Source of the DNA: Myxococcales bacterium
Lineage (GTDB): Bacteria; Myxococcota_A; UBA9042
Length of the DNA: 64,000 nt
Assembly: GCA_037441385.1 (NCBI GenBank)
Contig: JBBISH010000009.1
Span: forward strand, 27,191-91,190
Direction of reading: 5' to 3'
The position numbers and the translations under genes are program-made. Below are positions 27,943-36,746 of the stretch, in pieces. The notes beneath the pieces were generated by a model. It was given only the letters and a program-made list of their open reading frames with translations, made no database searches and had not been told where the DNA came from. Each line of letters starts with the position of its first letter. The stretch's first letter is position 1.

Positions 27943-28752
27943 CTAGCCCTGCACCTTGCCGCGCAAGAACACGAACCAGTAGATGCCGCCGACCATCAGC
28001 GCGCCACCGGCGATGTTGCCCAAGGTCACCGGCAACAAGTTGCTGATCATCAAATTGCCTATTGTCAAGTTTTCTGCTGATCCGCCCTGGAGCATGGCAA
28101 CCGGCACAAAAAACATATTCGCTACCGAGTGTTCAAAGCCGCACGTGACGAAGGCGCTGACCGGCAGCAGCACCGCCAAGACCTTGTCGGTCACCGTGCG
28201 CGCGGCAAAACACAGCCACACCGCCAGGCACACCAGGGCGTTGCACAGCACGCCGCGCACCAGGGCTTCGGTAAAGCTCTCGCTCACTTTCGCGACCGCG
28301 ATGGTGGTGAGGGTCTGCCCCACTGCCCCGCCGCTCAGCTTGCCGATGCCCGACAGCGCGATCGCCCACGCCACGGCTAGGGATCCCGCAAAATTGCCCA
28401 CATAGACCAGCAGCCAATTGCGCAGTAGCTGGACCGTGGTCACCTTGCGGCTGGCCCAAGCCATGGTCAGCAGGTTGTTGCCGGTGAACAGCTCGGCGCC
28501 GGCGATGACCACCAGCACCAGGCCCAGGCAGAAGCCCAGCGCGCCAAACAGGCGGGTGATGCCAAAACCCAAAGTGCTGCCAGTGGTAATGACGGCAAAG
28601 AAGGTGGCGCCAAAGGCGATGAACGCGCCGGCCATGACCGCGAGCGCCAGCGTGTTGGTCGCGCTCATGCGGGCTTTCTTGACCCCGATATCCTCGACCC
28701 GCTGGGCAATTTCCGCCGGCGAGTAGGCATCGATGGCAAGGACGTCGGCCAT
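27943..28752 (-). CDS. Formate/nitrite transporter (FNT) family channel
   Basis: GAELFTGN, LCNALVCLAVW, GFEHSVANM and VTLGNIAGG motifs. Confidence 0.92.
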   Translation of the reverse strand: MADVLAIDAYSPAEIAQRVEDIGVKKARMSATNTLALAVMAGAFIAFGATFFAVITTGSTLGFGITRLFGALGFCLGLVLVVIAGAELFTGNNLLTMAWASRKVTTVQLLRNWLLVYVGNFAGSLAVAWAIALSGIGKLSGGAVGQTLTTIAVAKVSESFTEALVRGVLCNALVCLAVWLCFAARTVTDKVLAVLLPVSAFVTCGFEHSVANMFFVPVAMLQGGSAENLTIGNLMISNLLPVTLGNIAGGALMVGGIYWFVFLRGKVQG

Positions 28753-28773
28753 GTTCCCCCACGGCCTGGGGGT

Positions 28774-29643
28774 CTAGCGCGACTGCGACTCCAACCAGGC
28801 CTTGGTAAAGAGGTTAGCCGGGAGCGAGCGCAAGTCCATTTCTTTCATCAGAATCGTGGTGGCGTTGCCCTTCTCGACCTCGTCAAAGATGCGAATTTCC
28901 TTGGGCGTCCACACGTCGGCCTTCTTCGACTCGCTGTAGCGCTTGGCCCACTTGGGCGTGTAGCTGGTGCGCATCAACTTGCCTGATGCCGCATACTCTT
29001 GCCGCTTCAAGGTGTTGCCAGACGACGACGACAGCCACAAGACCTGCTTGGGGTACGCCACGTCCACGCCCTTCTTGGCGGTCAGGGTCACCTTGTGTGC
29101 CTGGAATTTGCCCAGCTTTTCCACGCCTCCGTAGACGGCGTCGTACTCTTCGCTCAGGCGGCTCTCGTCAAAGTCGGCGCGGCGGCTGTCGGTCCCGCCG
29201 ATCTTCTCGCGCTCGGTGCGCCGCTCCCACTTGCCCACGCCGGGGTCGTACATCCACAGATTCTTGTCGATGCGCAGGTAGCCCTTGCCCTTTTCGGCCT
29301 TGGGATTGGTGAACAAGATCATCAGCTTGTCGTCGGTGTCGCGGCGGTACACCACCGCCTCCAGCACCACGTCGTTCTTGTTCTTCTCTTTGCGCTCGAT
29401 GTAGACCTGGGTCTTGTAGTCGCCCGAGTTGCGCTGGCGGTCGTCCAGGGCCTTGATGGCGGCCTTCAGCTCCTCGGGCGTCCACGGCTTGACCGTGTCG
29501 TCACTGGGCTTTTCGTCTTCGACCACCTTCTCTTGCGCCACCGCCGTCTCTGGCCGGAACACCGCCTCAAAGGTCAGCAGCCCCACTGCAACCGTGGTCA
29601 CGCCCGCGCCCAGCAGCTTGCGAATCCGATTCATCACCGTCAT
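28774..29643 (-). CDS. LolA-like outer-membrane lipoprotein-sorting protein
   Basis: Signal peptide, F.NP..EKGKGYL...NLWMYDP..., C-terminal NLFTKAWLE. Lies downstream of the Lol-like ABC genes. Confidence 0.75.
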   Translation of the reverse strand: MTVMNRIRKLLGAGVTTVAVGLLTFEAVFRPETAVAQEKVVEDEKPSDDTVKPWTPEELKAAIKALDDRQRNSGDYKTQVYIERKEKNKNDVVLEAVVYRRDTDDKLMILFTNPKAEKGKGYLRIDKNLWMYDPGVGKWERRTEREKIGGTDSRRADFDESRLSEEYDAVYGGVEKLGKFQAHKVTLTAKKGVDVAYPKQVLWLSSSSGNTLKRQEYAASGKLMRTSYTPKWAKRYSESKKADVWTPKEIRIFDEVEKGNATTILMKEMDLRSLPANLFTKAWLESQSR

Positions 29644-29679
29644 GTTGCCCCTTTGATTCCCAGGTCTTGCCTTATGCAG

Positions 29680-30978
29680 CTAGCTCGCGTGCATCGCCGT
29701 CACCGGCTGCAGCTTGGTGGCCCGCCAAGCCGGGAACAACGCACCCAGCGTCGTGACCACGGCAATCGCCAGCAGCGACAGGAACGCCATCTTGAAATCC
29801 GGCGCCAACACGAGCGTCGGCGACATCAAGAACACCGCGAACGACTCGGACACTCCCACGTGCGCGGCGTTGACCGCCGTCGCCAGCGCCACCGCCACCA
29901 ACGCGCCCAGCGCCGTGGCCGAGAACGCCAGCACCGCCATCTCGGTCACGAACATCGCCAGCACATAGCCCTTGCCCATGCCGATGGCCCGCAACGTGCC
30001 GATCTCTTTGGTGCGTTCGCGAATCGCCATCCACAGCGTGTTCATCACGCCCACGATGATGATGATCACCAGCACCGTCACCACCACCAGAGTCAAAACC
30101 TGAACAGTGTCCAGTGTATAGCGCATGAAGGCCGCCTCGTCGGACCAAGTGGTCACGTCGATCTTCTGACCCGTCCAGTCCTCGCGCTTGACCGGCTCGA
30201 ATTTGCGAAAGAACGGCTGCGCTAGCGGATCCATCATCCGGTAGCCCGCGTCGCCGATGGCTTTGCGCAGGTCGGCGGCGACTTTCTCGGCCTCGTCGGG
30301 GTTCTTGACCATCACTTGGATGACGCCCGTAGCGTTCTTGTCTAGCTCGTACAGTTCACGGATCGAGTCAGCGTGCACGAATACGTTGAAACTAGACAGG
30401 AAACCAAGATCCTTGGCGATCGCCACCACGTGCAGATCCACCGTATTGTTCACGCCGCGGAACGTGCTGGCCGACAGCGTGACACCGTCGCCCACCTTGA
30501 CGCCCAAGCGCTTGGCCTGCTGCTCGAACAGCATCAGCGCATGGGGCTCGGCCATCTGCTCGATCTTGCCCTGGGTCAGTTCGACCACCTCGCGGAACGC
30601 GGGCTCTTCGCTGATCAAAATGCCGGACAGCACTCCCTGGATCGAGGCTTCGTCGGCGATGATCTTGCCAAAGCCGCGCACCCGCGTCGTCACTTGCTTC
30701 AGGCCGGGCGTGTTCTTCTTGACCACCTCGAGCAGCGCCGGGTACTTGGTCACCAGCGGCGCCGCCGAACCCGAGGTAATCTTGTAGAAACCCGCGACGT
30801 TGACATGGCCCGTCATCAGCGTCGTCGCCGTCCGCAGCATCGTGGCGCGCATGCCTGTCAGCAGCGACAGCAGCATGATGAGCAGCACCGTCACCGTGGC
30901 GACGGCAGCGCCCAGCAAAAAGGTGCGGCGTTTGTGTTGCAGCAGGTTGCGCACGGCCAGGCGCAGCAGGGTCGGCAT
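29680..30978 (-). CDS. ABC transporter permease, LolE/FtsX family
   Basis: RLAVRNL, ERTKEIGTLRAIG and PAWRATKLQPV motifs. Confidence 0.88.
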   Translation of the reverse strand: MPTLLRLAVRNLLQHKRRTFLLGAAVATVTVLLIMLLSLLTGMRATMLRTATTLMTGHVNVAGFYKITSGSAAPLVTKYPALLEVVKKNTPGLKQVTTRVRGFGKIIADEASIQGVLSGILISEEPAFREVVELTQGKIEQMAEPHALMLFEQQAKRLGVKVGDGVTLSASTFRGVNNTVDLHVVAIAKDLGFLSSFNVFVHADSIRELYELDKNATGVIQVMVKNPDEAEKVAADLRKAIGDAGYRMMDPLAQPFFRKFEPVKREDWTGQKIDVTTWSDEAAFMRYTLDTVQVLTLVVVTVLVIIIIVGVMNTLWMAIRERTKEIGTLRAIGMGKGYVLAMFVTEMAVLAFSATALGALVAVALATAVNAAHVGVSESFAVFLMSPTLVLAPDFKMAFLSLLAIAVVTTLGALFPAWRATKLQPVTAMHAS

Positions 30979-30981
30979 GGC

Positions 30982-33111
30982 TTACTCCGCATCCTGCATG
31001 GCTTGCAGCGGGGTCACCCGCATCGCCAGCCAGGCCGGGTAAAGGGTCGAGATCAAAGTAACAAGGCTGACCAACAGGCCCGAAATCAGCAGGTGATGCC
31101 AGCTGATGAACGGGTACAAGCGCGGGCCAGCAAACAGGAACACAAACACGTCGTTGATGGCTGGCAGGCCCTTGACGTGCAAGTAGCCAATCAGCGCCCC
31201 GGCGCCGGCCGCCCCCACTGCGCCAAACACCAGCGCCATGGTCACGGCCTCGGCGATGAACATCTGCAGAATCAACGTCTTTTGCGCACCGATCGCCCGC
31301 ATGGTGCCGATCTCCTTGGTGCGCTCCAAGGTGGCCATGACCATCGAGTTGTTCATGACGATGATCGCAACGATAAAGATGATGCCCAGCGCCGTCGCCA
31401 ACACCGAGTAGATGACCCACAAGAAATTCCCAATGAATCCGCTGGCCGTGCGCCAGTCCACCACCTTCAGCCCCAGCTTCTCGCGGTCAATCAGCTCTTG
31501 GATGGACGTGGCCGCCTTGCGCTGATCCACGCCTTTCTTCAGCACGATGGCGATGTTGCGCACCACACCGGCGTCGATCTCGGCCTGGGTGTAGACGCGC
31601 TTGGCCAGCTCGTCGCGGTACATGCGGGTGGCCGTGACGGCGCGCTCGCCCATACTGCCCTTGGGAGCAGCCGGCGCAGCCAGGTTCGGCGTCGCCTCGG
31701 CCGGCGCGTCCGTAGGCGTCGGACTCGTGGCGTCCACGACCTCTTCGCCCCCGCCGCCAAACAGCTCGGCCTCGGCGTCTTCGCGCTTGATCTCCTTGAC
31801 ACCGCTGGCTTTTTGCAGCGTCTCGATCTCGGCCTTCTTGTCGGCCGACAGGTAGCCATACAGGTCGCGGTAGGTCATCAGGTCCATCAAGTTGACCGAA
31901 CCCGCCAGCGCCGACTTGTCCAAGCTCTTGAAGCGGAACGTGCCGTACACCTTGACGTTGACGCTGGTCGGATAGCCCGCCGCCGTGAAGCCCTTGATGG
32001 TCATGTTGTCGCCGACTTTGACGGCATACAGCATCAAGTGCGGCACAATGACGTCGTAGAACAGCTTGTAACGCGTGGCGAAATTGGTGTCGTTGGTGTC
32101 CAGGAACAGCGGCAGCAGCTTCTCGAGTGCCACCTCGGTCGAGCCCAGGTGCTGCTGCAAGGCCTCGCGCACCAGCTTGGCGGCTCGGTCATCCAGCTGG
32201 TAGGTGACCTCTTTGTACTGATTCTTGTTCAGCTTGACCCACTGTTGCAGGTCGTCGTCTTTGGCAAAGGTATAGCCGTCGGCCAGGCGGTCCTTCATCT
32301 TGTCCAAGCGCCGGGCAATCTTGTGCTTCACCATGTCTTCGTAGTTCAGCTTGTTGAACAAGAAGCCGCGTTGGCCGGGCGGGATCGCCTGGCCGTCCAC
32401 GATCTCGAACAGGCTGAAATTCTGGGCAAACCGCGCCGGGTCGGTGCCCAGGTAGCGGAAGAACAGCATCTCGGCGTTCAGGGCCAGCGGCGCCACCTTG
32501 TTCTCTAGGAACTCCATGGCGGCCAGGGGATCCTTGTCGAAGTCCTGCCAGAACGCATCGCTGCCAGCCACCGCCAAGTCGGCGATCGACTGCCGCGTCT
32601 CGGTCGAAGCGGTGGCCAGGTCGGTGACTTCGCCGATCTTGGCCATGTCCTGCGCCAGCAAGCCAACGATGCGCCGCACATGGGCCCGCACCACCGCCGA
32701 AGTGTCCTTGTCTCCAGCCTTTTCCGCCTGCCTCAGCGCCTCCAGCTTGGTGTCGATGATGTTGCCGCCATAGACCATCGCGACCTCGATGCCTTGCGGA
32801 ATCGCGGCTTGCACGTCGGGATGGCCCTCAAGCACTTGCCGCACCCGGGCAAAGTCCTGGATGGTGCCGATGTCGGTGCCGCCGCTCATGTCGCCGAAGA
32901 TCGCCAATTTGTCTTTAGCATCAGCACGATAGGCCTGCAGTTGACCGGTAATCGAATTCGAGACGCTTTTTTCCATCGACACGTCGAGCGTGCCGAGCAG
33001 CGCCAAGCCAATCACCAACAGAAAGGTGCCGAACGCCAGCAAACTGCCTACCATCAAGCTTTTCAGCTTGTGGCTGGTCAGGTTGCGCAGCGCGATGCGG
33101 AACAGGATCAC
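30982..33111 (-). CDS. ABC transporter permease, LolE/FtsX family, with a large periplasmic insertion
   Basis: RIALRNL and ERTKEIGTMRAIG motifs; 709 aa long. Confidence 0.88.
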   Translation of the reverse strand: MILFRIALRNLTSHKLKSLMVGSLLAFGTFLLVIGLALLGTLDVSMEKSVSNSITGQLQAYRADAKDKLAIFGDMSGGTDIGTIQDFARVRQVLEGHPDVQAAIPQGIEVAMVYGGNIIDTKLEALRQAEKAGDKDTSAVVRAHVRRIVGLLAQDMAKIGEVTDLATASTETRQSIADLAVAGSDAFWQDFDKDPLAAMEFLENKVAPLALNAEMLFFRYLGTDPARFAQNFSLFEIVDGQAIPPGQRGFLFNKLNYEDMVKHKIARRLDKMKDRLADGYTFAKDDDLQQWVKLNKNQYKEVTYQLDDRAAKLVREALQQHLGSTEVALEKLLPLFLDTNDTNFATRYKLFYDVIVPHLMLYAVKVGDNMTIKGFTAAGYPTSVNVKVYGTFRFKSLDKSALAGSVNLMDLMTYRDLYGYLSADKKAEIETLQKASGVKEIKREDAEAELFGGGGEEVVDATSPTPTDAPAEATPNLAAPAAPKGSMGERAVTATRMYRDELAKRVYTQAEIDAGVVRNIAIVLKKGVDQRKAATSIQELIDREKLGLKVVDWRTASGFIGNFLWVIYSVLATALGIIFIVAIIVMNNSMVMATLERTKEIGTMRAIGAQKTLILQMFIAEAVTMALVFGAVGAAGAGALIGYLHVKGLPAINDVFVFLFAGPRLYPFISWHHLLISGLLVSLVTLISTLYPAWLAMRVTPLQAMQDAE

Positions 33112-33132
33112 GGCGGGCCTCCGATGCAGCGG

Positions 33133-33852
33133 CTAGGAAATATCCGAGCGTTCGCCAACGGTTGCGTCGTGATCGGCGATCTCGCCGTCGATCAAACGAA
33201 CCACCCGACCTGCGCGCGAGACGACGCGCGGATCGTGGGTCGAGAACAGGAAGGTGGTCCCGGCGCGGTTGAGTTCCTGCATCAGGTCCAAGATGGCCGT
33301 GCCCGTGTGCGAGTCCAGGTTCGCGGTCGGTTCGTCGGCCAGCACGATGCGCGGCTGCGTAACGAGCGCCCGGGCAATCGCCACCCGCTGCCGCTGACCG
33401 CCGGACAATTCGCCGGGCCGATGGTGGGCGTACTGCGCGATTCCCACGCGGTCCAGCAGGTCGCGCACGCGCTTGTCGCGCTCGGCCTTGCCCAGCGACT
33501 TCTGCAGCAGCAGCGGAAACTCGATGTTCTGATAGGCATCCAGCACGCCCACCAGATTGAACGACTGAAAAATGAAGCCCAGCTTGTCCAGGCGCAGTCG
33601 CGTGAGCTGCTTTTCGGACAGCTTGCCGGTGTCGTGGCTGTCGACCAGGACCGTGCCGCGCGAGGCGACGTCGACGCAGCCGATCAGGTTGAGCAGGGTG
33701 GTCTTGCCCGAGCCCGACGGGCCAGCGATCACCGTAAATTCACCTGGTTCGATGGAGAGCGACACATTGCGCAGCGCCGGCACCACCACTTTGCCCAAGT
33801 GATAGTCCTTCGACACGCCGGTGAGCGCCACGATGGGCTTGCCCGATGCCAT
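33133..33852 (-). CDS. ABC transporter ATP-binding protein (LolD/MacB-like)
   Basis: GPSGSGKT, LSGGQRQRV and ADEPTANLD motifs. Confidence 0.92.
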   Translation of the reverse strand: MASGKPIVALTGVSKDYHLGKVVVPALRNVSLSIEPGEFTVIAGPSGSGKTTLLNLIGCVDVASRGTVLVDSHDTGKLSEKQLTRLRLDKLGFIFQSFNLVGVLDAYQNIEFPLLLQKSLGKAERDKRVRDLLDRVGIAQYAHHRPGELSGGQRQRVAIARALVTQPRIVLADEPTANLDSHTGTAILDLMQELNRAGTTFLFSTHDPRVVSRAGRVVRLIDGEIADHDATVGERSDIS

Positions 33853-34003
33853 ACTTTGACCCTGCCGCGCGCCAGGCGCGTCGCGACAGTCAAGGACGCG
33901 CCGCGCTCCAGGTCAACGTCTGTTGCGCGAAGTCTTGCGATTTTGCCGGCGCAATGGTGCACTAATGGCCCCGCGGCCCTGCAACCGGCCGCCACGGCAG
34001 AGC

Positions 34004-34846
34004 ATGAGCCCTTCGCCCGAACATCCCGATCATCCTCGCGGTTTTGTCATCCCCATCGGCGGCGCCGAAGACAAGATCAGCGATCGGGTGATCCTGCGCA
34101 AATTCGTCGACCTGTGCGGGGGCAAGAAGGCCGACATCGCCATCATTCCCACAGCTTCTGAGCTGCCGACCACGGGCGCCAAGTACGAAGAAGTGTTTCG
34201 CTCGCTGGGGGTCCACTCGGCCATCGAGCTGCCGTACAAGACGCGCGTCGACGCCGAGCGCGCCGATTGGATGAAGGTGCTGATGCACGCCAGCGGGGTT
34301 TTCCTGACTGGTGGCAATCAGTTGCGTCTCTCGACCATTCTGGGCGGCACCGAGGTGTCGCAGACCCTGCGCCGCCGCAACGCCCGCGGGGTGCACATCG
34401 CCGGCACGTCGGCGGGCGCGGCGTTTGTCAGCGAACACATGATCGCAGGCGGCAAGGGCGGATCGACACCGCGCGCCGGTCAGGTCGTGTTGGCGCCGGG
34501 CCTGGGCCTGACCAACCGCATCATCGTCGACCAGCACTTTCGCCAGCGCGATCGCCTGGGTCGGCTGCTGGCGGCGATCGCCTACAACCCGTTCGCCATC
34601 GGCATCGGCCTGGACGAGAACACGGCTGGCTTCATCGGGCCGGACGCGGTGATGGAGATCGTCGGCGAAGGTGGCATGACCATCATCGACGTCAGCGCGC
34701 TGCAACACTCGGGCATGGCCACGGCAGAGCACAATCAACCGGTGAACCTGATTGGGGTTCGCCTGCACGTGCTCACGGCCGGATCGCGCTTCGACCTGGA
34801 CAAGCGCGTCGCGTATCCGCCCGAGGTGCCGGCGGCGGTTGGCTAG
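34004..34846 (+). CDS. cphB: Cyanophycinase (peptidase S51)
   Basis: IGGAEDK, TGGNQLRL, GTSAGA, DQHFRQRDRLGRL and GLDENT motifs. Confidence 0.88.
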   Translation: MSPSPEHPDHPRGFVIPIGGAEDKISDRVILRKFVDLCGGKKADIAIIPTASELPTTGAKYEEVFRSLGVHSAIELPYKTRVDAERADWMKVLMHASGVFLTGGNQLRLSTILGGTEVSQTLRRRNARGVHIAGTSAGAAFVSEHMIAGGKGGSTPRAGQVVLAPGLGLTNRIIVDQHFRQRDRLGRLLAAIAYNPFAIGIGLDENTAGFIGPDAVMEIVGEGGMTIIDVSALQHSGMATAEHNQPVNLIGVRLHVLTAGSRFDLDKRVAYPPEVPAAVG

Positions 34847-34849
34847 TTT

Positions 34850-36667
34850 CTATTGCTCTTTCCAAGCCTTCCAAGCCGCAGCCTTGGCATCCAGCTCTTG
34901 CCAGCGGGCGTACAACCGGTCGCGCTCGCTGCAGGCTTGCCCGTGCCTGGCCGTCACCTCTTGCAGCTTGCTGAAAATCTTGACGACTTCTGCGCTGGAC
35001 AGCTCGGCCTCCAGGTCCATGACGGCTGTTTCGGCGCGCTCGATGGCCGCCTCGATCCCGCCAAGCTCTTTTTCTTCCGAAAACGTCAGCTTGGGCGGTG
35101 CATCGCCGCGCGGCTTGGGGCGATCGACGCGCTGCGCCAGCTCGACCGCCCGCTCCTGCTTCTTCTGCTGGGCCGAACGCTGTAGGAATTCTGTATAGTT
35201 GCCCGCGTGCAGCTCGACGTTGCCGCGCCCAGTCACGTTCAAGATGCCTGTGCACACCCGGTCCAAGAAGGCCCGGTCGTGGCTGACGACCAGCAGGCAA
35301 CCTGGGTACTGCAGCAGCGCCTCTTCCAAGACCTCCAAGGTCTCGAAGTCCAGGTCATTGCTGGGCTCGTCCAACACCAGCACGTTCGACGGCTCTTGCA
35401 GGCGCCGCGCCAACAGCAGGCGGAACTTCTCGCCGCCCGACAGCGTCGACACCTGCTGCGTCAGGTCGCCGCCCTTGAACAAGAACATGCCCAAGTACGT
35501 GGCCACGTGCAGCTTTTCGGTCCCGATGGTCACGTAGTCGCCGGACGCCACGTGCACCGCTTCGCGCACGGTCTCGCCAGGGTCCAGGCCGGTGCGCTGC
35601 TGGTCGATCCCCACGATGCGGGTGTTCTGGCCCACGTTAAGTTCACCGGCGAGCAACGGCAATTGGCCAAGCAACGTCCGGAGTAAGGTGGTCTTGCCGG
35701 CGCCGTTGGGCCCCACGATGCCCAGACGGTCGCCGCGCTGCAGGATCAGGTCCAGCTTGTCGATGAGCACTTTGTCGGGGTAGCCGACCCGGAGACCGTG
35801 CGCTTCCAGAATGGTCTTGCCCAGGCGCTCGGCCTTCAAGAACGGCAGCTGCACCGACTGCTCGACGTGGCGCGGCGCCTCGGCCACCTGCGCTTGCGCC
35901 CGCTGCAGGCGCGCCTTGGGCTTGCACGACCGCGCCGCCGGGCTGCGCGACAGCCAATCCAGCTCGACCCGGAGCAGGTTCTTGCGGTTCTGCTCGATGC
36001 GGTCGGCCAATTCCTCTTCGTGGACCCGCGCTTCCAGCCAGTCTTGCAGCGTGCCCGGGTAGCTGTGCAGGTGGCCGCGCCGCAGCTCGACGATGCGATC
36101 CACCACTTGGTTCAAGAAGTAGCGGTCGTGGGTGACCATGATGAGCGCCGAGGGCAGCTGCCGCAGCTGGCCCTCCAGCCACGCCGCGGTGTCGGCATCC
36201 AGGTGGTTGGTCGGCTCATCCAGCAGCAGCAGGTCGGGTTTTTGCAGCAGGGCCGCCGCCAGCGCGGCGCGCCGCAAGGTGCCGCCCGAAGCCACCGCCA
36301 CCTTCATGTCGGGCTGCGTGATGCCCAGGCCTTTGAGCGCTTGCTCGGCCGCGAGCTGCGCCTCGTGCGGCTCCAGCGGTTCGCGGTTGCGTTGCGCGCC
36401 CTGCATTGCCACGTCCAACAGAGTGTCGGCGTTGCCCAGCTCGGGATTTTGCGCCAGGTAGGCGACATGCGTGTCGTTGCGCCACGCCAACTCGCCCGCA
36501 TCGGCTGGCTCCACACCCGCCAGGATGCGCAGCAGCGTCGACTTGCCGGCGCCGTTGCGACCGACCAGCCCCACTTTTTCGCCGCGGGCCAGGTGCAGCT
36601 CGGTCCCGCCCAAAATCGTAGAGGCGCCATAGGCTTTGGCGATGTCATGTGCGGTCAGCAGGGGCAT
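34850..36667 (-). CDS. ABC-F family ATPase (Uup-like)
   Basis: Two NBDs (GRNGAGKS, GPNGAGKT), no TM segments, C-terminal KLTFSEEKEL...RLYARWQEL coiled coil. Confidence 0.9.
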   Translation of the reverse strand: MPLLTAHDIAKAYGASTILGGTELHLARGEKVGLVGRNGAGKSTLLRILAGVEPADAGELAWRNDTHVAYLAQNPELGNADTLLDVAMQGAQRNREPLEPHEAQLAAEQALKGLGITQPDMKVAVASGGTLRRAALAAALLQKPDLLLLDEPTNHLDADTAAWLEGQLRQLPSALIMVTHDRYFLNQVVDRIVELRRGHLHSYPGTLQDWLEARVHEEELADRIEQNRKNLLRVELDWLSRSPAARSCKPKARLQRAQAQVAEAPRHVEQSVQLPFLKAERLGKTILEAHGLRVGYPDKVLIDKLDLILQRGDRLGIVGPNGAGKTTLLRTLLGQLPLLAGELNVGQNTRIVGIDQQRTGLDPGETVREAVHVASGDYVTIGTEKLHVATYLGMFLFKGGDLTQQVSTLSGGEKFRLLLARRLQEPSNVLVLDEPSNDLDFETLEVLEEALLQYPGCLLVVSHDRAFLDRVCTGILNVTGRGNVELHAGNYTEFLQRSAQQKKQERAVELAQRVDRPKPRGDAPPKLTFSEEKELGGIEAAIERAETAVMDLEAELSSAEVVKIFSKLQEVTARHGQACSERDRLYARWQELDAKAAAWKAWKEQ

Positions 36668-36746
36668 GGTCGGGGCTTCTTCGCTGCCACGGCAGCCGGG
36701 CCGCGCACTGCTGCAACCGCAGGCGCCGGCAATAGAACTCAGCGGG

